Assembly: GCA_951406725.2 (NCBI GenBank)
Contig: OX597816.1
Span: 8,680,001 to 8,744,000 of the forward strand
From: Octopus vulgaris
Taxonomy: Eukaryota
Length of the DNA: 64,000 bases
Direction of reading: 5' to 3'
The stretch's first letter is position 1; every line of letters begins with the position of its first letter. Of this stretch, positions 24,618 to 38,552 are shown piece by piece. The notes below the pieces were generated by a model. That model was not told where the DNA came from. It worked only from the letters and a program-made list of their open reading frames with translations, and ran no database searches. A program made the translations under genes and the position numbers.

Positions 24618-25382
24618 AAATAAGAAAATGGAGAAATACATCCAAATCAAATATCAATTACCAGATCCCAATCTCATACTTTACAACCCCTATCTCAATT
24701 TGTATATATATTTATATATATATATATAATGGATTTTCCTGTTGAAGATAACTTATGAGTGTAGTGTTCAGCTGTGTGCTGAATGACTTGCACAAAAGGG
24801 TTTGTTTATTGTGGTCAAATGTATGAGCTGTCCATCAGCTCACTCCCTACATCAAATCAATTTAGCCTGAACAGGTGCACGGTGTACCACGCACCAGGTG
24901 TTGAAGAAATCACAGAGCAGAGTGAGACGAAGTGAACACAACACACCGCCTGGTCTAGGAACTGAAACCATGATCTTGTGATTGTGAGCACAACACTCTA
25001 ACCACTAGGCACCCATGCACCTTTACATATATGTGTGTGTGTGTTACTGCTGGTAGGGACTCAGTATTTTGTTTTGCAACCATAATATACAACCAAATAT
25101 ATTAAAGGTTTATAAGTCAATACTATAATATACAGAGAGAGAGAGAGAGAGGTAATGGTGTCAGTAAGACCCAAAGGGGTCAGGTAATGCTGAGTAAGGG
25201 CTATGGACAGACCATAGTTAAGCTCCAGGTTCGGTCCTTGTGCGAATAAGGTGTCCAACGTAGGTCATATATCAGCATGTGTGTATATAAAAATTGTTTT
25301 TTTTCAGAATGAGATAAAAAACCAAGGCTGTGAAGATTTTAGAACATTTATAAATAGAATAGATACACACATGGTGTATATT

Positions 25383-26260
25383 CATGGTCAGATCAATAAG
25401 TATTCAGACTGTTGCCGTAGTAACGAAGCTAAAGCACGCAGAATGAAGCCGCTTGGTACAGATTGACCTTCGACTCTGCTGTGCATGTGCACTAACTTTT
25501 AACATTGTAGCTCACTTCTGCTGTATACAGCAGTGCTTGGAAGGAAGGTGTGTAGCGTGTGATCATTGCATTGACCATGACAGAGAAAGTTGAGCAGAGA
25601 ATCTGCATCAAATTCTGACAAAAGCTTGACAATATCTGCTCAGAAGTCTGCACAAAGTTTTCAAAAAGTTTTCCTCATTCTTGACACAATCAAGGAGATC
25701 TTGTCCAACTGAAACCCGGGTGTCTTTTTGGTCAGCTGAAAACAGTTTTGGCACAAACTTGGCAAACACACGTCTCATACCTAAATCTTGACTGATAATG
25801 GACAGAACTGAACCGTAACTAATCTGCACAGCCTCTGATAACTCACAGATGGTGATTCAACAATTTCCCTTCACAACTGCCCACACATCTGCAATGTTTT
25901 TCTGTTCTGCTGGTTGCAGGTTTCCCAGAACGTTCGTCAATATTGACATTTATTCGGCCTTCTTGGAAATGTCCAAACCACTCGTACACTTGTGTGTGGC
26001 TCATACGCTTTCTGCAACTTTGTACAGACCTCTGAGCAAGTATCGCCATGACAACTTTCTCTGTCATGGTCAATGCAACGATCACGCGCTACACACCTTC
26101 CTTCAAAGCACTGCTGTAAACAGAAGTGAGCTAGAATATTAAAACTGAGTGTGCACATGCACAACAGAGTGCAAGGTCAATCTTTGCCAAGCGGATCCAC
26201 TCTGTGTGCTTTAGCTTTGTTACCATGGCAACAGTCTGGATACTTATTGATCAGACCTTG
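25383..26260. mobile_element. Mariner-derived foldback element made of two inverted 5' ends
   Basis: ~270-bp inverted arms, each containing ATGACAGAGAAAGTT (MTEKVEQRICIKF); minus-strand interior encodes decayed VYEWFGHFQEGR...DERSGKP...LGMRRVFAKFVPKL. Confidence 0.8.
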
Positions 26261-26354
26261 CATTTATCTTTGTATATGGGTATGATGTGTATGTTTACCC
26301 ATATATATATATATAAAATATACTACAAATATAGGATCTCTTCAGATTAAAAAT

Positions 26355-27152
26355 GATTTTAACTGAAGAGTTTGAAACTTTGTACTCTGGTTTGATTTCT
26401 CACACTGAACATGGTTTGCTTTCAACATTCTTGACAAAATTTCATATTGTAGAAGTTATTTCGTGTTAAAGTTGTCTTATTTGGGTTATTTTAACCAATC
26501 AACAACATGTATTCAGCTGAAGAAAACCTCTGCTGCTTGTGACAGTAATCAAAGAACAACAACTTCTGAGTCGTCTCTACTAAATGTCACCAACTCTGTT
26601 CTATTTTATTCTTGTTTATTGTCTGTGTTGCATATTACAGGCCTTTTTTTTTTTTGCTTTTTGATTTCGTCCAACCCATGCTAGCATGGAAAGCGGACGT
26701 TAAACAATGATGATGATGATGATGATTGTCTCTTTCTATGTGTGGTGAAAATGCAAATGTACAAAGAGGTGATTGAAAAGCAAACAAAGTGTGTAGTATG
26801 CAACACAGGCAGTAAACAAAAATAAAATGCAACAGATAGGTGAAAATAATCGCAAAATTAACAGGTAAATGTACAAAGAGGCGATCGCAAAAAAATCAAA
26901 GGGTGTGATATGCAACACAGGCAGGAAACAAGTGGTGACATTTAGTAGAGATGACCTGCAAGGTGTTGTTCTTTGATTACTATTGCAAACAGCAGTAGTT
27001 TTCTTCAGCTGAATACATGTCGTTGATTGGTTAAAATTACCCAAATATGACAACTTCTAAAATACGAAATTTTGTCAAAAATGTTGAAAGTAAACCGTGT
27101 TCAGCATGAGAAATTATACCAGTATACAAAGTTTCAAACTGTTTAGTTAAAA
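26355..27152. mobile_element. Foldback-like element with ~290-bp imperfect inverted arms
   Basis: Mirror ORFs in the track (26463+ SYLGYFNQSTTCIQLKK and 27053- SYLGNFNQSTTCIQLKK) show the arm homology. Confidence 0.75.
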
Positions 27153-27154
27153 AA

Positions 27155-27277
27155 AAATCGATCATTCCAAGTATAGAATTTGTACACAATGTTATTGAAT
27201 TGAGGGTTTTATTTAAATAAAACCCTCAATTCAATAACACTGTATACAAACTCTTATACTTGGAATGACCAATTTTT
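27155..27277. repeat. Spacerless palindrome, ~60-bp arms
   Basis: Centred on TTTTATTTAAATAAAA at ~27214; TGTTATTGAATTGAGGGTTTTATTT/AAATAAAACCCTCAATTCAATAACA is perfect. Confidence 0.85.
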
Positions 27278-27449
27278 AGCACTATTGAAACAGACAAGGT
27301 ATTGGAATCTTATATGTATACCATTCTGCCTAAATAATGGATTTACAGGTGTGAGTGAAACTAAAGATATCCTAAATATAATTTTTTCTTTGTTGTTTCA
27401 GCTCAGAGCTGTGGCCATGCTGGAGCACCGCCGTTTTGTTACACTGTTA

Positions 27450-27980
27450 TTACTGAGAGCTTCCTCTAATATGTGGCATTTGGTGAAGAATGGAGTTTGA
27501 GGTAGATAGCCTCGTTTGCACCTCTTGCCGTGAGGTAGGTTCATCTGTGAATCTCAACAGGAAGAGGTCCAGCTTTGATTTAAAAATGCCTATGTCTACT
27601 TTGTGCAGGTTCCTCAGACTCTTTGGGAGAATATAAAAAAGCTGTGGGTCCCTGAAACCCAGGCTGTTGCAGTAACTGGTCCTGAAGCGCGATGGCATTG
27701 CTGGGATCTTTGGCACTGTGCAGTGTCAACCTGTTCTGGCATTGGTGTAACTTTCAGTACCAAAATTTGGCACAAATCCTTCCAGATATATATTACTGCA
27801 TACCTCTCCTACCTTTGCTCCAAAGAGTAGAGTCTTAGCTGTTTCAGCCTTTCCTAGTAGCTGAGCTGTTGCAAAGAGACAATCTTCTTTGTGAAGCTTC
27901 ACTGGATTGCTTCAAGGTCCGCTGTTAACTTTACATTGTTAGGTGACCATAGGTGAGAGAAGTAATCCAGGTGGCTGACT
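27450..27980 (-). mobile_element. CR1/L2-group LINE 3' fragment
   Basis: NSLGFRDPQLFYILPKSLRNL...FKSKLDLFL...DEP; upstream decayed HLDYFSHLWSP...LEAIQ. Confidence 0.7.
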
Positions 27981-28362
27981 ACTATCTTCTGCCCCATGGG
28001 TACCTCAGTTTAATACTACTATCTTCTGCCCCATGGGTACCTTTGTTGGAGTTCACTCTTTTCAAGTATTCATGCAAGGTTCCTGACACCCTATAAACGT
28101 GCTGAGATCCCTAAACTAAACCTATATCTGTTGATCAATTCCCCTTTTACTTCTCTAACATCCACAAACTGCAATCCAGTCGGGACCTCACTCAACAGAT
28201 CAATCAATGTTATTGATGTAAGTAATTAAAGTTACTAAATATCTCACAGTGGTTCCCTTTCTATGACTGTTCATTAAAATGATGAACGTTTCACAAATAC
28301 TAAAGGATTTCAAATTCTAGCAGTAACATAGCAGAGTAATGTCACTATATTGCCATGAGATG

Positions 28363-28872
28363 CCATGTAAAAAGTACTTGGGCCTGCACCATGTAAAAGG
28401 CACCTGGGCCCGCATTATGTAAAAAGCACCTGGGCCCGCACCATGTAAAAAGCACCTGGGCCTGCATGATGTAAAAAGCACCTGGGCCCACACCATGTAA
28501 AAAGCACCTGGGCCCACACCGTGAAAAAGCACCTGGGCCCGCACCATGTAAAAAGCACCTGGGCCCACACCATGTAAAAAGCACCTGGGCCCACACCGTG
28601 AAAAAGCACCTGGGCCCGCACCATGTAAAAAGCACCTGGGCCCTGCATGATGTAAAAAGCACCTGGGCCCGCACCATGTAAAAAGCACCTGGGCCCGCAC
28701 CATGTAAAAAGCACCTGGGCCTGCACGATGTAAAAAGCACCTGGGCCCGCACCATGTAAAAAGCACCTGGGCCCGCACCATGTAAAAAGCACCTGGGCCC
28801 GCACCATGTAAAAAGCACCTGGGCCTGCACAATGTAAAAAGCACCTGGACCCGCACCATGTAAAAAGCACCC
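28363..28872 (+). repeat. Minisatellite, ~19-20 copies of a ~26-bp unit CCATGTAAAAAGCACCTGGGCCCGCA
   Basis: Direct tandem array; explains the three overlapping repetitive minus-strand ORFs. Confidence 0.95.
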
Positions 28873-29285
28873 ATGCAGATGCCTTATAAAACAGCCATGT
28901 TATGTGCCAGCACCACATGACAAATGCACATAAAATGAATGCACTCATGTTGCTGCTACATAAACATACTGAGTACATTCTGGAAAGTGGTTGGCATTAG
29001 GAAGGGCATTCAGCCATAGAAACCATGCCTAAAGATGACTAGAGCCTGCTGCAGCCCCCCCCCGGCTTGCCAGCTCCTGTCAAATTGTCCAATCCATGCC
29101 AGCATGAAAGACAAAGTTAAATGATGGGGGCGGTTGTGTGGTAAGTAGCCTGCTTACTAACCACATGGTTCCAGGTTCAGTCCCACTGTGTGGCACCTCG
29201 GGCAAGTGTCTCCTACTATAGCCTCGGGCCGACCAAAGCCTTGTGAGTGGATTTGGTAGACGGAAACTGAAAGAAGCCCATCGTA

Positions 29286-29346
<61 letters not shown>

Positions 29347-32300
29347 ATATGTTTGTGTGTCTGTGTTTGTCCCCTAAACATCGCTTGACAACCGATGCTG
29401 GTGTGTTTACGTCCCCATAACCTAGCGGTTCGGTAAAAGAGTCCGATAGAATAAGTACTAGGCTTACAAAGAATAAGTCCTGGGGTCGATTTGCTTGACA
29501 AAAGGCGATGCTCCAGCATGGCCACAGTCAAATGACTGAAGCAAGTAAAAGAGTTAAAAAGAGAGTATGATTTTGTGTGTGTGTGTGTGTGTTTTCCATT
29601 TTTGTGTTCATGAGATTACAGCCTGGCGCTTCAACCTTTAAGTGTGACTGGTGAGAAAACAGGCAAAGTCGTTATATTGATATTCCATAACAATGTTTAG
29701 TTATCATTACATTAAGTGCTATTTTATAATTTTTGTTCCACGAAGCCATTGTTGTCTTATAATGATACTTCTTGGGGAGCCACATTTGCAATTCCCAGTC
29801 GTGTCTATTTATTTTACTTCACTTATGAGGCTGTTGATGTCCATGGCAACAACAGAGACATCAGACAATTCTGTTTCTCTGGTTCTTCACAAATACAAGA
29901 CATGGTACTTTCCAGAAATCATTTGAAGTACATAACGGATAAATGGTAGAAACAAAACCTTGAAGTCAATAATATTTTTATAAATATTGTCTCACAGCAG
30001 AAACATGCTTTCCTTTCTCTACTGCACCACTAATCAAACAAAGACGACCTTGGTCTTGTAAAATACAAGGCTACTTCACTGGTGCTGGTGCCTTAAAAAA
30101 AAGAAGAAAGCATCCAATACACTCTGTAAAAGGTGGTGAGCTGGCAGAAACGTTAGCACGCTGGGCGAAATGCTTAGCAGTATTTCATCTGCCGCTACGT
30201 TCTGACTTCAAATTCCGCCGAGGTCGACTTTGCCTTTCATCCTTTCGGGATCGATAAATTAAGTACCAGTTACACACTGGGGTCGATATAATCGACTTAA
30301 TCCATCTGTCTGTCCGTCCTTGTTTGTCTCCTCTGTGTTTAGCCCCTTGTGGGTAGTAAAGAAATAGAAATACACTCTGTAAAATATATATATATGTTGT
30401 ATATGCGTGTGTGTGGCTCCTTGCCTTGATGTCATGTGATGTTTGTAAGTGAATATATATTTCTTTACTGCCCACAAGGGGCTAAACATAGAGGGGACAA
30501 ACAAGGACAGACAAAGAGATTAAGTCGATTACATCGACCCCAGTGTGAAACTGGTACTTTGCCTTTCGTCCTTTCGGGGTCGGTAAATAAAGTCGACCTG
30601 GGCGGAATTTGAACTCAGAACGTAACGACAGATGAAATACCGCTAAGCATTTCACCCAGCGCACTAACGTTTCTGCCAGTTTGCCGCCTTTTGTAAGTGA
30701 ATATAACCATCCTACAAGTGATGTTGCTCATTTTTAGTCTTCCAGGAAAAATATTTCTGACCATAGGAAAATATCACCTTGCTTGGAAACAGACGAGGGT
30801 TAATGACAGGAGGGGCATCCAGTCACAGAAAACTTGCCTCAACAAACCTGTCCGACCCACATGAGAATGATAGAAAAGTGGACATGATGATGATGACGAC
30901 AATGACAAGTAATAAATTATGAAATACATACGAGCTTTTACGGCAATGTATACACCATCTGCTCTGCATTTTAAATATAATCAAAATATATTTTCTGGTA
31001 GAAAATAAATGTTTGGCAGTTTTTTAAAGAAAGCAAATTAATTATTTTATCAATAGGAGTGGCTGTGTGGTAAGTAGCTTACTAACCAACCACATGGTTC
31101 TGGGTTCAGTCCCACTGCGTGGCATCTTGGGCAAGCGTCTTCTGCTATAGCCCCGGGCCGACCAATGCCTTGTGAGTGGATTTGGTAGACGGAAACTGAA
31201 AGAAGCCTGTCGTATATATGTATATATATATATGGATGTGTGTGTATATGTTTGTGTGTCTGTGTTTGTCCCCCTAGCATTGCTTGACAACCGATGCTGG
31301 TGTGTTTACGTCCCCGTCACTTAGCGGTTCGGCAAAAGAGACCGATAGAATAAGTACTGGGCTTACAAAGAATAAGTCCCGGGATCGATTTGCTCGACTA
31401 AAGGCGGTGCTCCAGCATGGCCGCAGTCAAATGACTGAAACAAGTAAAAGAGTAAAAGAGTATGCAATCAACGAGCTGTGTTGTTCTGCTCTACTTCCAC
31501 ACGCCATTGTAATTATACATGCTAATTATATTTAATTGCTTTCCTGTCTGATCAATGAGAGAGTCAACGAGTTTATTTATTGACAGTGAATTACGAGACT
31601 CAGAAATTATCATTAAATGCTGATTATTGATTATAAAACGAATCACTCAAGTGTATTATCAGGATATTTTGTTAAAGAACAAAAACAACATGCCATGTCT
31701 ATAGCATTGGGGATTTTTATATGAGTACATAATTACATGCTACTTCTTTTGACATTGAATTTTCATGGAAACAAGTACAATGTAATACACAAGCAAAACA
31801 GTGTGTGTGTGTGTATAAAAATTTATAAAATAAGATGGCTTTAATCACAAATCACAACAATTGTTTCTGTGCAATGGTAACAACTGTTAATTACTGAGTT
31901 TTCCATATCATACCAACATCATCATCATCATCATCATCATCATTTAATGTCTGCTTTCCATGCTAGCATGGGTTGGATGATTTTGACTGAGGGCTGGCGA
32001 ACCAGATGGCTGCACCAGGATTCAATCTTGATCTGGCAGAGTTTCTACAGCCGGATGCCCTTCCTAACGCTAACCACTCCGAGAGCGTAGTGGGTACTTT
32101 TACATGCCACTGGTATGGGGCCAGTCAGGCAGCACTGACAACGACCTCGCTCGAACCTTTTACACATGCCACTGGCACAGGTGCCAGTAAGGCGATGCTG
32201 GTAATGATTACACTCGAATGGTGTCTTTTACGTGCCACCGGCACAGAGGCCAGATAGCCGCTCTGGCAATGATCACACTCGGATGGTGCTCTTAATACCC

Positions 32301-32535
32301 TACTAGCATGGGGCTCGAGTGCCAGTAAGGTGGTGCTGGTAACGATCACGCTGGAATGGTGCCTTTTAAGTGCCACTGGCACGGAAGCCAGTTAGCCACT
32401 CTGTCAATGATCACACTCGTATGGTGCTCTTTGCACCCCGCTAGCACGGATGCCAGTCATCGAATTTGATTTTGATTTTTGATTTCATTACATAGAATAT
32501 TTAACCCATGCTAGCATGGAAAACGGACGCTAAAC

Positions 32536-32566
<31 letters not shown>

Positions 32567-34559
32567 ATATAAATAATTACATGAATACAACCCAGCAACA
32601 GCAGCTATGTATCAGCACATCATCAGGAGAGTGGCCTTGATAGACACAAGTACAATTAATGTTATCAACATAATAGACTGTGTGACAAGGTGTGCCACTT
32701 AAATCACAGGTACAATCTAGCTGATGAGCTTATATATGGCTCCCATCAACCCAGTTTCACTCAGAAAGTATGGGTTAACCCTAGGCCTAAACAATGACCT
32801 TTCTCTGAAGTTATGATCTTGCAGGTAGTCATGTTGATGGGAAGACATTTTGAATAAATTTAATTCCTTTTTTTCTTTCTTCTTTACTACCCACAAGTTG
32901 CTAAACATAGAAGGGACAAACAAGGACAGACAAGGGGATAAAGTCGATTACATCGACCCCAGTGCGTAACTGGTACTTAATTTACTGACCCCGAAAGGAT
33001 GAAAGGCAAAGTTGACCTCAGCAGAATTTGAACTCAGAACGTAACGGCAGACGAAATACCGCTGGACATTTCGCCCGGCATGCTAGCGTTTCTGCCAGCT
33101 CGCCGCCTTAATCAATGACATTTGTCCAGCATGTCACAGAAGTATTGGACACAGAACCATGAGGTTGCAAAGCCAAATTCTTAACCATTTGGTTATGTGA
33201 TATAACTACAGAAATGTACCCCCACCCCATCTTTGTTTCCTCATAACTTTCTGAAAAATGAGCTTTTCAACAAATACATTTTTATATGGTGCAATTATGC
33301 CAGAATTTGATGTGGAAAAATAAATATAACAATAATTCACACACCTCATCAAAATGTATGACGAAACAAAGTCAAGATATGTGAATTATCCATTGCACTC
33401 AGCCCAATTCTTTTCTTGCAGATCAAATTCCAGTATAACCATAATCTATATCAGTGGTTCTTAAACATTTTTTTTTACCTATGATCCCCTTTGGTTCCAC
33501 TTTTACTCTACTGGACTCTCTTAGCCATTCAATGTTTAAAAAATCCTATTATTAGGAATTGCATGGAAAAAAAACTTAGATATTTGGTGTATTGAGGAAG
33601 TTAAGCAGTTTATTGCAGATAAGTATTAACAAAAAAAGGAGTGGCTGTGTGGTAAGAAGCTTGCTTCCCAGCCACATGGTTCCAGGTTCAATCCCACTGT
33701 GTGGCACTTGGGCAAGTGTCTTCTATTATAGTTTCAGGCTGACCAAAGCTTTGTGAGAGGATTTGGCAGATGGAAACTGAGAGAAGCCTGTCATATATAT
33801 ATATTTTTGTGTGTGGTTTTGTACCTCCACCATCAACCGATGTTGGTGTGTTTATGTCCTCATAACTTAGCAATTCAGCAAAAGAGACTAATAGAATAAA
33901 TACTAGGCTTAGAAAGAATAAGTCCTAGGGTTGATTTGTTCGACAAAAAAAAAACCCAACAAATAAATATATAATACTACAGGGCCCAGTGCTCTATTTC
34001 ATCTGGGGGTATTGCTGCTACATTGACCTTGCCTACAAGTGATCAATATGTCTTATAGAAAAAATTAGATTGATTTCGAAGCTTGAGGTTGTTTATTGAT
34101 AGCCAAATAGTGAAGAGAATGAAAATAGATAAATATATAAGATTCTGGTAATCTTCTGTTTAAAGCAAGTGGAAAGCGAAAGAAGGATAGCAGCAATAAT
34201 CAGCATTAGCTGTTGATTGCAATTTGACAATAAGATGAAATGGAAGGAATGTCTTTTTCCCTTGGAAACTGGAAGTTTATTTCGTGATTATTTATATATG
34301 GTGAAGAAATGGCCGAGTCTGTCAGACGACAAGCGGCTGAGAGAATCGTAGAAGATGAGGACATAATTAAAACTCAGCAATATGATTGGAAACGAATTAC
34401 ATCCTACAGGATATTTGAACCATGACAATCAATATGGAAACAACCTTTAAGTTTCTGGCATTGTTTGGATTAATTAATTACTAAGTCAGTGAAGTAGAGT
34501 AATTAGTCAACATGATTGGTGAATAGTGAGATATGTATAGATGGAATCATGAGGAGACA

Positions 34560-34625
34560 CACATCATCATCATCATCGTTGTCGTCATCGTCATCATCAT
34601 CATCATCATCATCACCACCATCACC

Positions 34626-34695
<70 letters not shown>

Positions 34696-34724
34696 CCACC
34701 ACCACCACCACCACCATCATCATC
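34560..34724. repeat. (CAT)n/(CAC)n compound microsatellite (expanded RTE tail)
   Basis: Abuts the GTTTAACGTCCGCCTTCCAT end of a minus-strand RTE 3' UTR copy. Confidence 0.9.
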
Positions 34725-34834
34725 GTTTAACGTCCGCCTTCCATACTAGCATGGGTTGGACGATTTGACTGAGGACTGGCAAACCAAATGTCTGCACCAG
34801 GCTCCAAGATATGTATACAGAAATACATGTATAC

Positions 34835-35220
34835 ATATCTATGGAGAACTTGCAATTGGAACACGACCCAGAGGAGGTCTAAAATTCCATTTTAAAGATC
34901 AGCTCAAACAGACCCTTGCTCAAACTAACATCCAGCCATCCTCATGGGAACAGATTGCCATGGATAGAACAGCCTGGAGGACTTCTATCTGCAATGGAGC
35001 CAGCTACTTCAAGCAGAACAGACAACAGAATGAGGAGGTAAAGCACAGGAGAAGAATGGAGCGTCTTCAACATCCTCGACCCACACTGACCATCCTGTGT
35101 GAATTCTGCCCATGACTCTTTTGCCACCGACTTGGACTCCAAAGTCACATTCAGCACAAACATCAGCCGAGGAGACTGGATAGAAACTGACAAACCCAAT
35201 GCTCAGAAACAAGCTGGAGC
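34835..35220 (+). mobile_element. RTE (BovB-like) LINE 3' fragment
   Basis: YGELAIGTRPRGGLKFHFKDQLK...WEQIAMDRTAWR...CEFCP...GLQSH (terminal zinc-finger-like segment). Confidence 0.75.
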
Positions 35221-36355
35221 CAACTATGTACACATACATTAATTGCAGGGAGGGACAGAGTACTCCATTTTGAAACTATAATCATCATCATCATTTAACA
35301 TCCGCTTTCCATGTTAGCATGGGTTGGATGATTTGACTGAGGGCTGGCGAACCAGATGGCTGCACCAAACTTCAATCTTGATCTGGCAGAATTTCTACAG
35401 CTGGATGCTCTTCCTAACGCCAACCACTCCGAGAGTGTAGTGGGTGCTTTTATGTGCCACTGGCATGGGGGCCACTCAGGCGGTACTGGCAACGACCTCG
35501 CTCGAATCTTTTTATACATGCCACTGGCACAGGTGCCAATCAGGCAATGCTGGTAAAGATCATGCTCAAATGGTGTCTTTTACGTGCCGATGGTACGTAA
35601 AAGCACCATCCGTTCGTGTCCGTTGCCAGCCTCGCCTGGCGCCCGTGCCGGTGGCACGTAAAAGCACCATCCATTCGTGGCCATTTGCCAGCTCCGTCTG
35701 GCTCCTGTGTGGGTGGCACATAAAAAGCACCCACTACACTCGCGGAGTGGTTGGCGTTAGGAAGGGCATCCAGCCGTAGAAACACTGCCAGATCAGACTA
35801 GAGCCTGGTGCAGCCTCCATGGCTTCCAGACCCCAGTTGAACTGTCCAACCCATGCTAGCATGGAAAACGGATGCTAAACGATGATGATGATGATGATAC
35901 CAATCCTTGCATTCCTCCTCCACTTTCTGTACCTCCAGCTTCCCTACCAATACCCTTCTCCTTATCCCTCAATAGCCACCTCTGCTATCATTCTCTTACA
36001 AACCTCCAATGTGTTCATGTTTATCTCTGGATATTTACACTATGAAGGCTATAACCATACATGGATTTAATTAAGAATTCCATCTAAGGACTTATGGACT
36101 AACATCTACAATATCGGAAAATTGAACTGTGAACTTTTCTGCTTCTTATCTTCTTTTTCTTCATTTCCTTAATCCTTTTCTCCAGTCCTCCTCCATGTCA
36201 TCACTTCCTTAATCTATACCCTTCACATTTTCCTTATTTATTTCCGATGATGGAAGAAACAGCTGGAAGACTTTCAATCTTACCGACAATAATAACAACG
36301 TATATGACTTGAGATGTTTGCCTTGCTTTAACGTTTGTTGCCCTCTTTAACAATT

Positions 36356-36400
<45 letters not shown>

Positions 36401-36431
36401 TACATATATATATATACATATATATATATAC

Positions 36432-36485
<54 letters not shown>

Positions 36486-36939
36486 CTCTGTCTGGCAACC
36501 GTGTCGGTGGCACGTAAAAGCACCACCCGTTGGCGTCCGTTGCCAGCCTCGGCTGGCCCCCGTGCCGGTGACACGTAAAAGCACCGTCCGTTCGTGGCCG
36601 TTTGCCAGCTCTGTCTGGCCCCGTGTCGGTGGCACGTAAAAGCACCATCCGTTCGTGTCCGTTGCCAGCATCGCCTGGCCCCGTGCCGGTGACACGTAAA
36701 AGCACCATCCGTTCGTGGCCGTTCGCCAGCTCTGTCTGGCACCTGTGCAGGTGGCACGTAAAAAACACCCACTACACTCGCGGAGTGGTTGGCGTTAGGA
36801 AGGGCATCCAGCCGTAGAAACACTGACTGGGCCTGACGAAGCCTTCCAGCTTCACAGACCCCAGTTGACCCGTCCAACCCATGCTAGCATGGAAAGCGGA
36901 CGCTAAACGATGATGATAATGATGATGATGATGATGATA

Positions 36940-36971
<32 letters not shown>

Positions 36972-36974
36972 CAC

Positions 36975-37006
<32 letters not shown>

Positions 37007-37007
37007 T

Positions 37008-37074
<67 letters not shown>

Positions 37075-37149
37075 TATACACATATATATACACATATATA
37101 CATATATATATACATATATACATATATATATACATATATATATACATAC

Positions 37150-37197
<48 letters not shown>
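36356..37197. repeat. Long (TA)n/(TACA)n microsatellites flanking an RTE 3' UTR copy
   Basis: Seen directly; source of the YIYI ORFs. Confidence 0.95.
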
Positions 37198-37201
<4 letters not shown>

Positions 37202-37250
37202 AAACAAGTCAAAAATAGAAAATGCTAAGATGATTTTATAGTGAATCTTT

Positions 37251-37288
37251 CAGTACCGGTTTCGGTCATTTTGAGACCTTTTCAACTG
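37251..37288 (-). ncRNA. Minimal hammerhead ribozyme motif, U3-A8 variant (mirror copy)
   Basis: Exact reverse complement of 38515-38552. Confidence 0.7.
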
Positions 37289-38514
37289 TAACGATTAAAT
37301 AATTAAATTTAGAAAAATTAGAAGAAAAGTTTTTTTAAAAGAATATTTCTGTAGTAGTGTTCAGATATAAGTAGCATTCTGCCTTTCTCTGACTCCCTTG
37401 TTTGCACTTGTGTGTTCGATGTCGTTTTGAGTTCTTGGTAGGATAGGTGAAGAATAATGAGGCTGATGTGGAGAGGGGTGGGGAAATCTGGGAATGCCTT
37501 AATGGTCGTATTTTGAATGGTCAGTGGCTGACAGTAGTCGCAGTTCAATTCAGGAATTGTTTATGGAATTTGCGTAGGCATTATACTGAAAGACATTAGT
37601 GACAAGGTTAAGGGGTGGAAGGTGGAGAAGTAGAAGATGAAGATGTTGATGATGACGATGATGAAGATCCTGCACAGATCCCAGATAAAAATTCCCCAAA
37701 ACAGAAAAATAGCTTGATGATGAGCCGACGATGATAGATACTTGCGCCATGAAAGAAAAAACACCAAACTTCAGAATTTTCCCCTCTACCAAAAAAGGGA
37801 CGATACAACCTCGAGACAACGAATAAGTAAAGAAAATCTCTTTATTACAAAATACAAGCCACTTCTTAACGGGTCTACGACAAACAATTAATATACCTCA
37901 ACTTTAGAATAAAAGAAATATATACACACACAAATATTACACTCCATAGAATCCATTACTAATCAGCCCCATCACACTATACTTACACCCATTCATATTC
38001 TCCCTTCTCTGTTTTTTCTTCTTCTTCTTCTTCCTCTTCTTCTTCATCATCATTATCATCATCATCGTCGTCATCATCATCACCACCATCATCACCACCA
38101 TCTTCTCCTTCTCCTTCTTCTTCTTCTTCATCATCGTCATCATCAACATCGTCATCTTCTTCTTCTTCTACTTCTCCACCTTCCACCCCTTAACCTTGTC
38201 ACTAATGTCTTTCAGTATAATGCCTACGCAAATTCCATAAACAATTCCTGAATTGAACTGCGACTACTGTCAGCCACTGACCATTCAAAATACGACCATT
38301 AAGGCATTCCCAGATTTCCCCACCCCCTCTCCACATCAGCCTCATTATTCTTCACCTATCCTACCAAGAACTCAAAATGACCTCGAACACACAAGTGCAA
38401 ACAAGGGAGTCAGAGAAAGGCAGAATGCTACTTATATCTGAACACTACTACAGAAATATTCTTTTAAAAAAAACTTTTCTTCTAATTTTTCTAAATTTAA
38501 TTATTTAATCGTTA

Positions 38515-38552
38515 CAGTTGAAAAGGTCTCAAAATGACCGAAACCGGTACTG
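38515..38552 (+). ncRNA. Minimal hammerhead ribozyme motif, U3-A8 variant
   Basis: CAG-TTGAAAA-GGTC-TCAAAAT-GACC-GAAA-CCGG-TA-CTG: stem I CAG/CTG, stem II GGTC/GACC, palindromic ACCGGT stem III, GUA triplet. Confidence 0.7.

Noticed and set aside
26360-26385. CTGAAGAGTTTGAAAC as a hammerhead core (similar weak match at ~55839-55872)
   Set aside because: No stem II or stem I pairing can be drawn.
28317-28978. Three long overlapping ORFs (161-187 aa)
   Set aside because: Products of a stop-free minisatellite; no coding evidence.
34309-34425. Short ORF MAESVRRQAAERIVEDEDIIKTQQYDWKRITSYRIFEP
   Set aside because: Under 40 aa, no recognisable homology and no convincing splice context.
36328-37218. 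YIYI-rich and similar ORFs here and elsewhere
   Set aside because: Translations of (TA)n, (CAT)n and (CT)n microsatellites.
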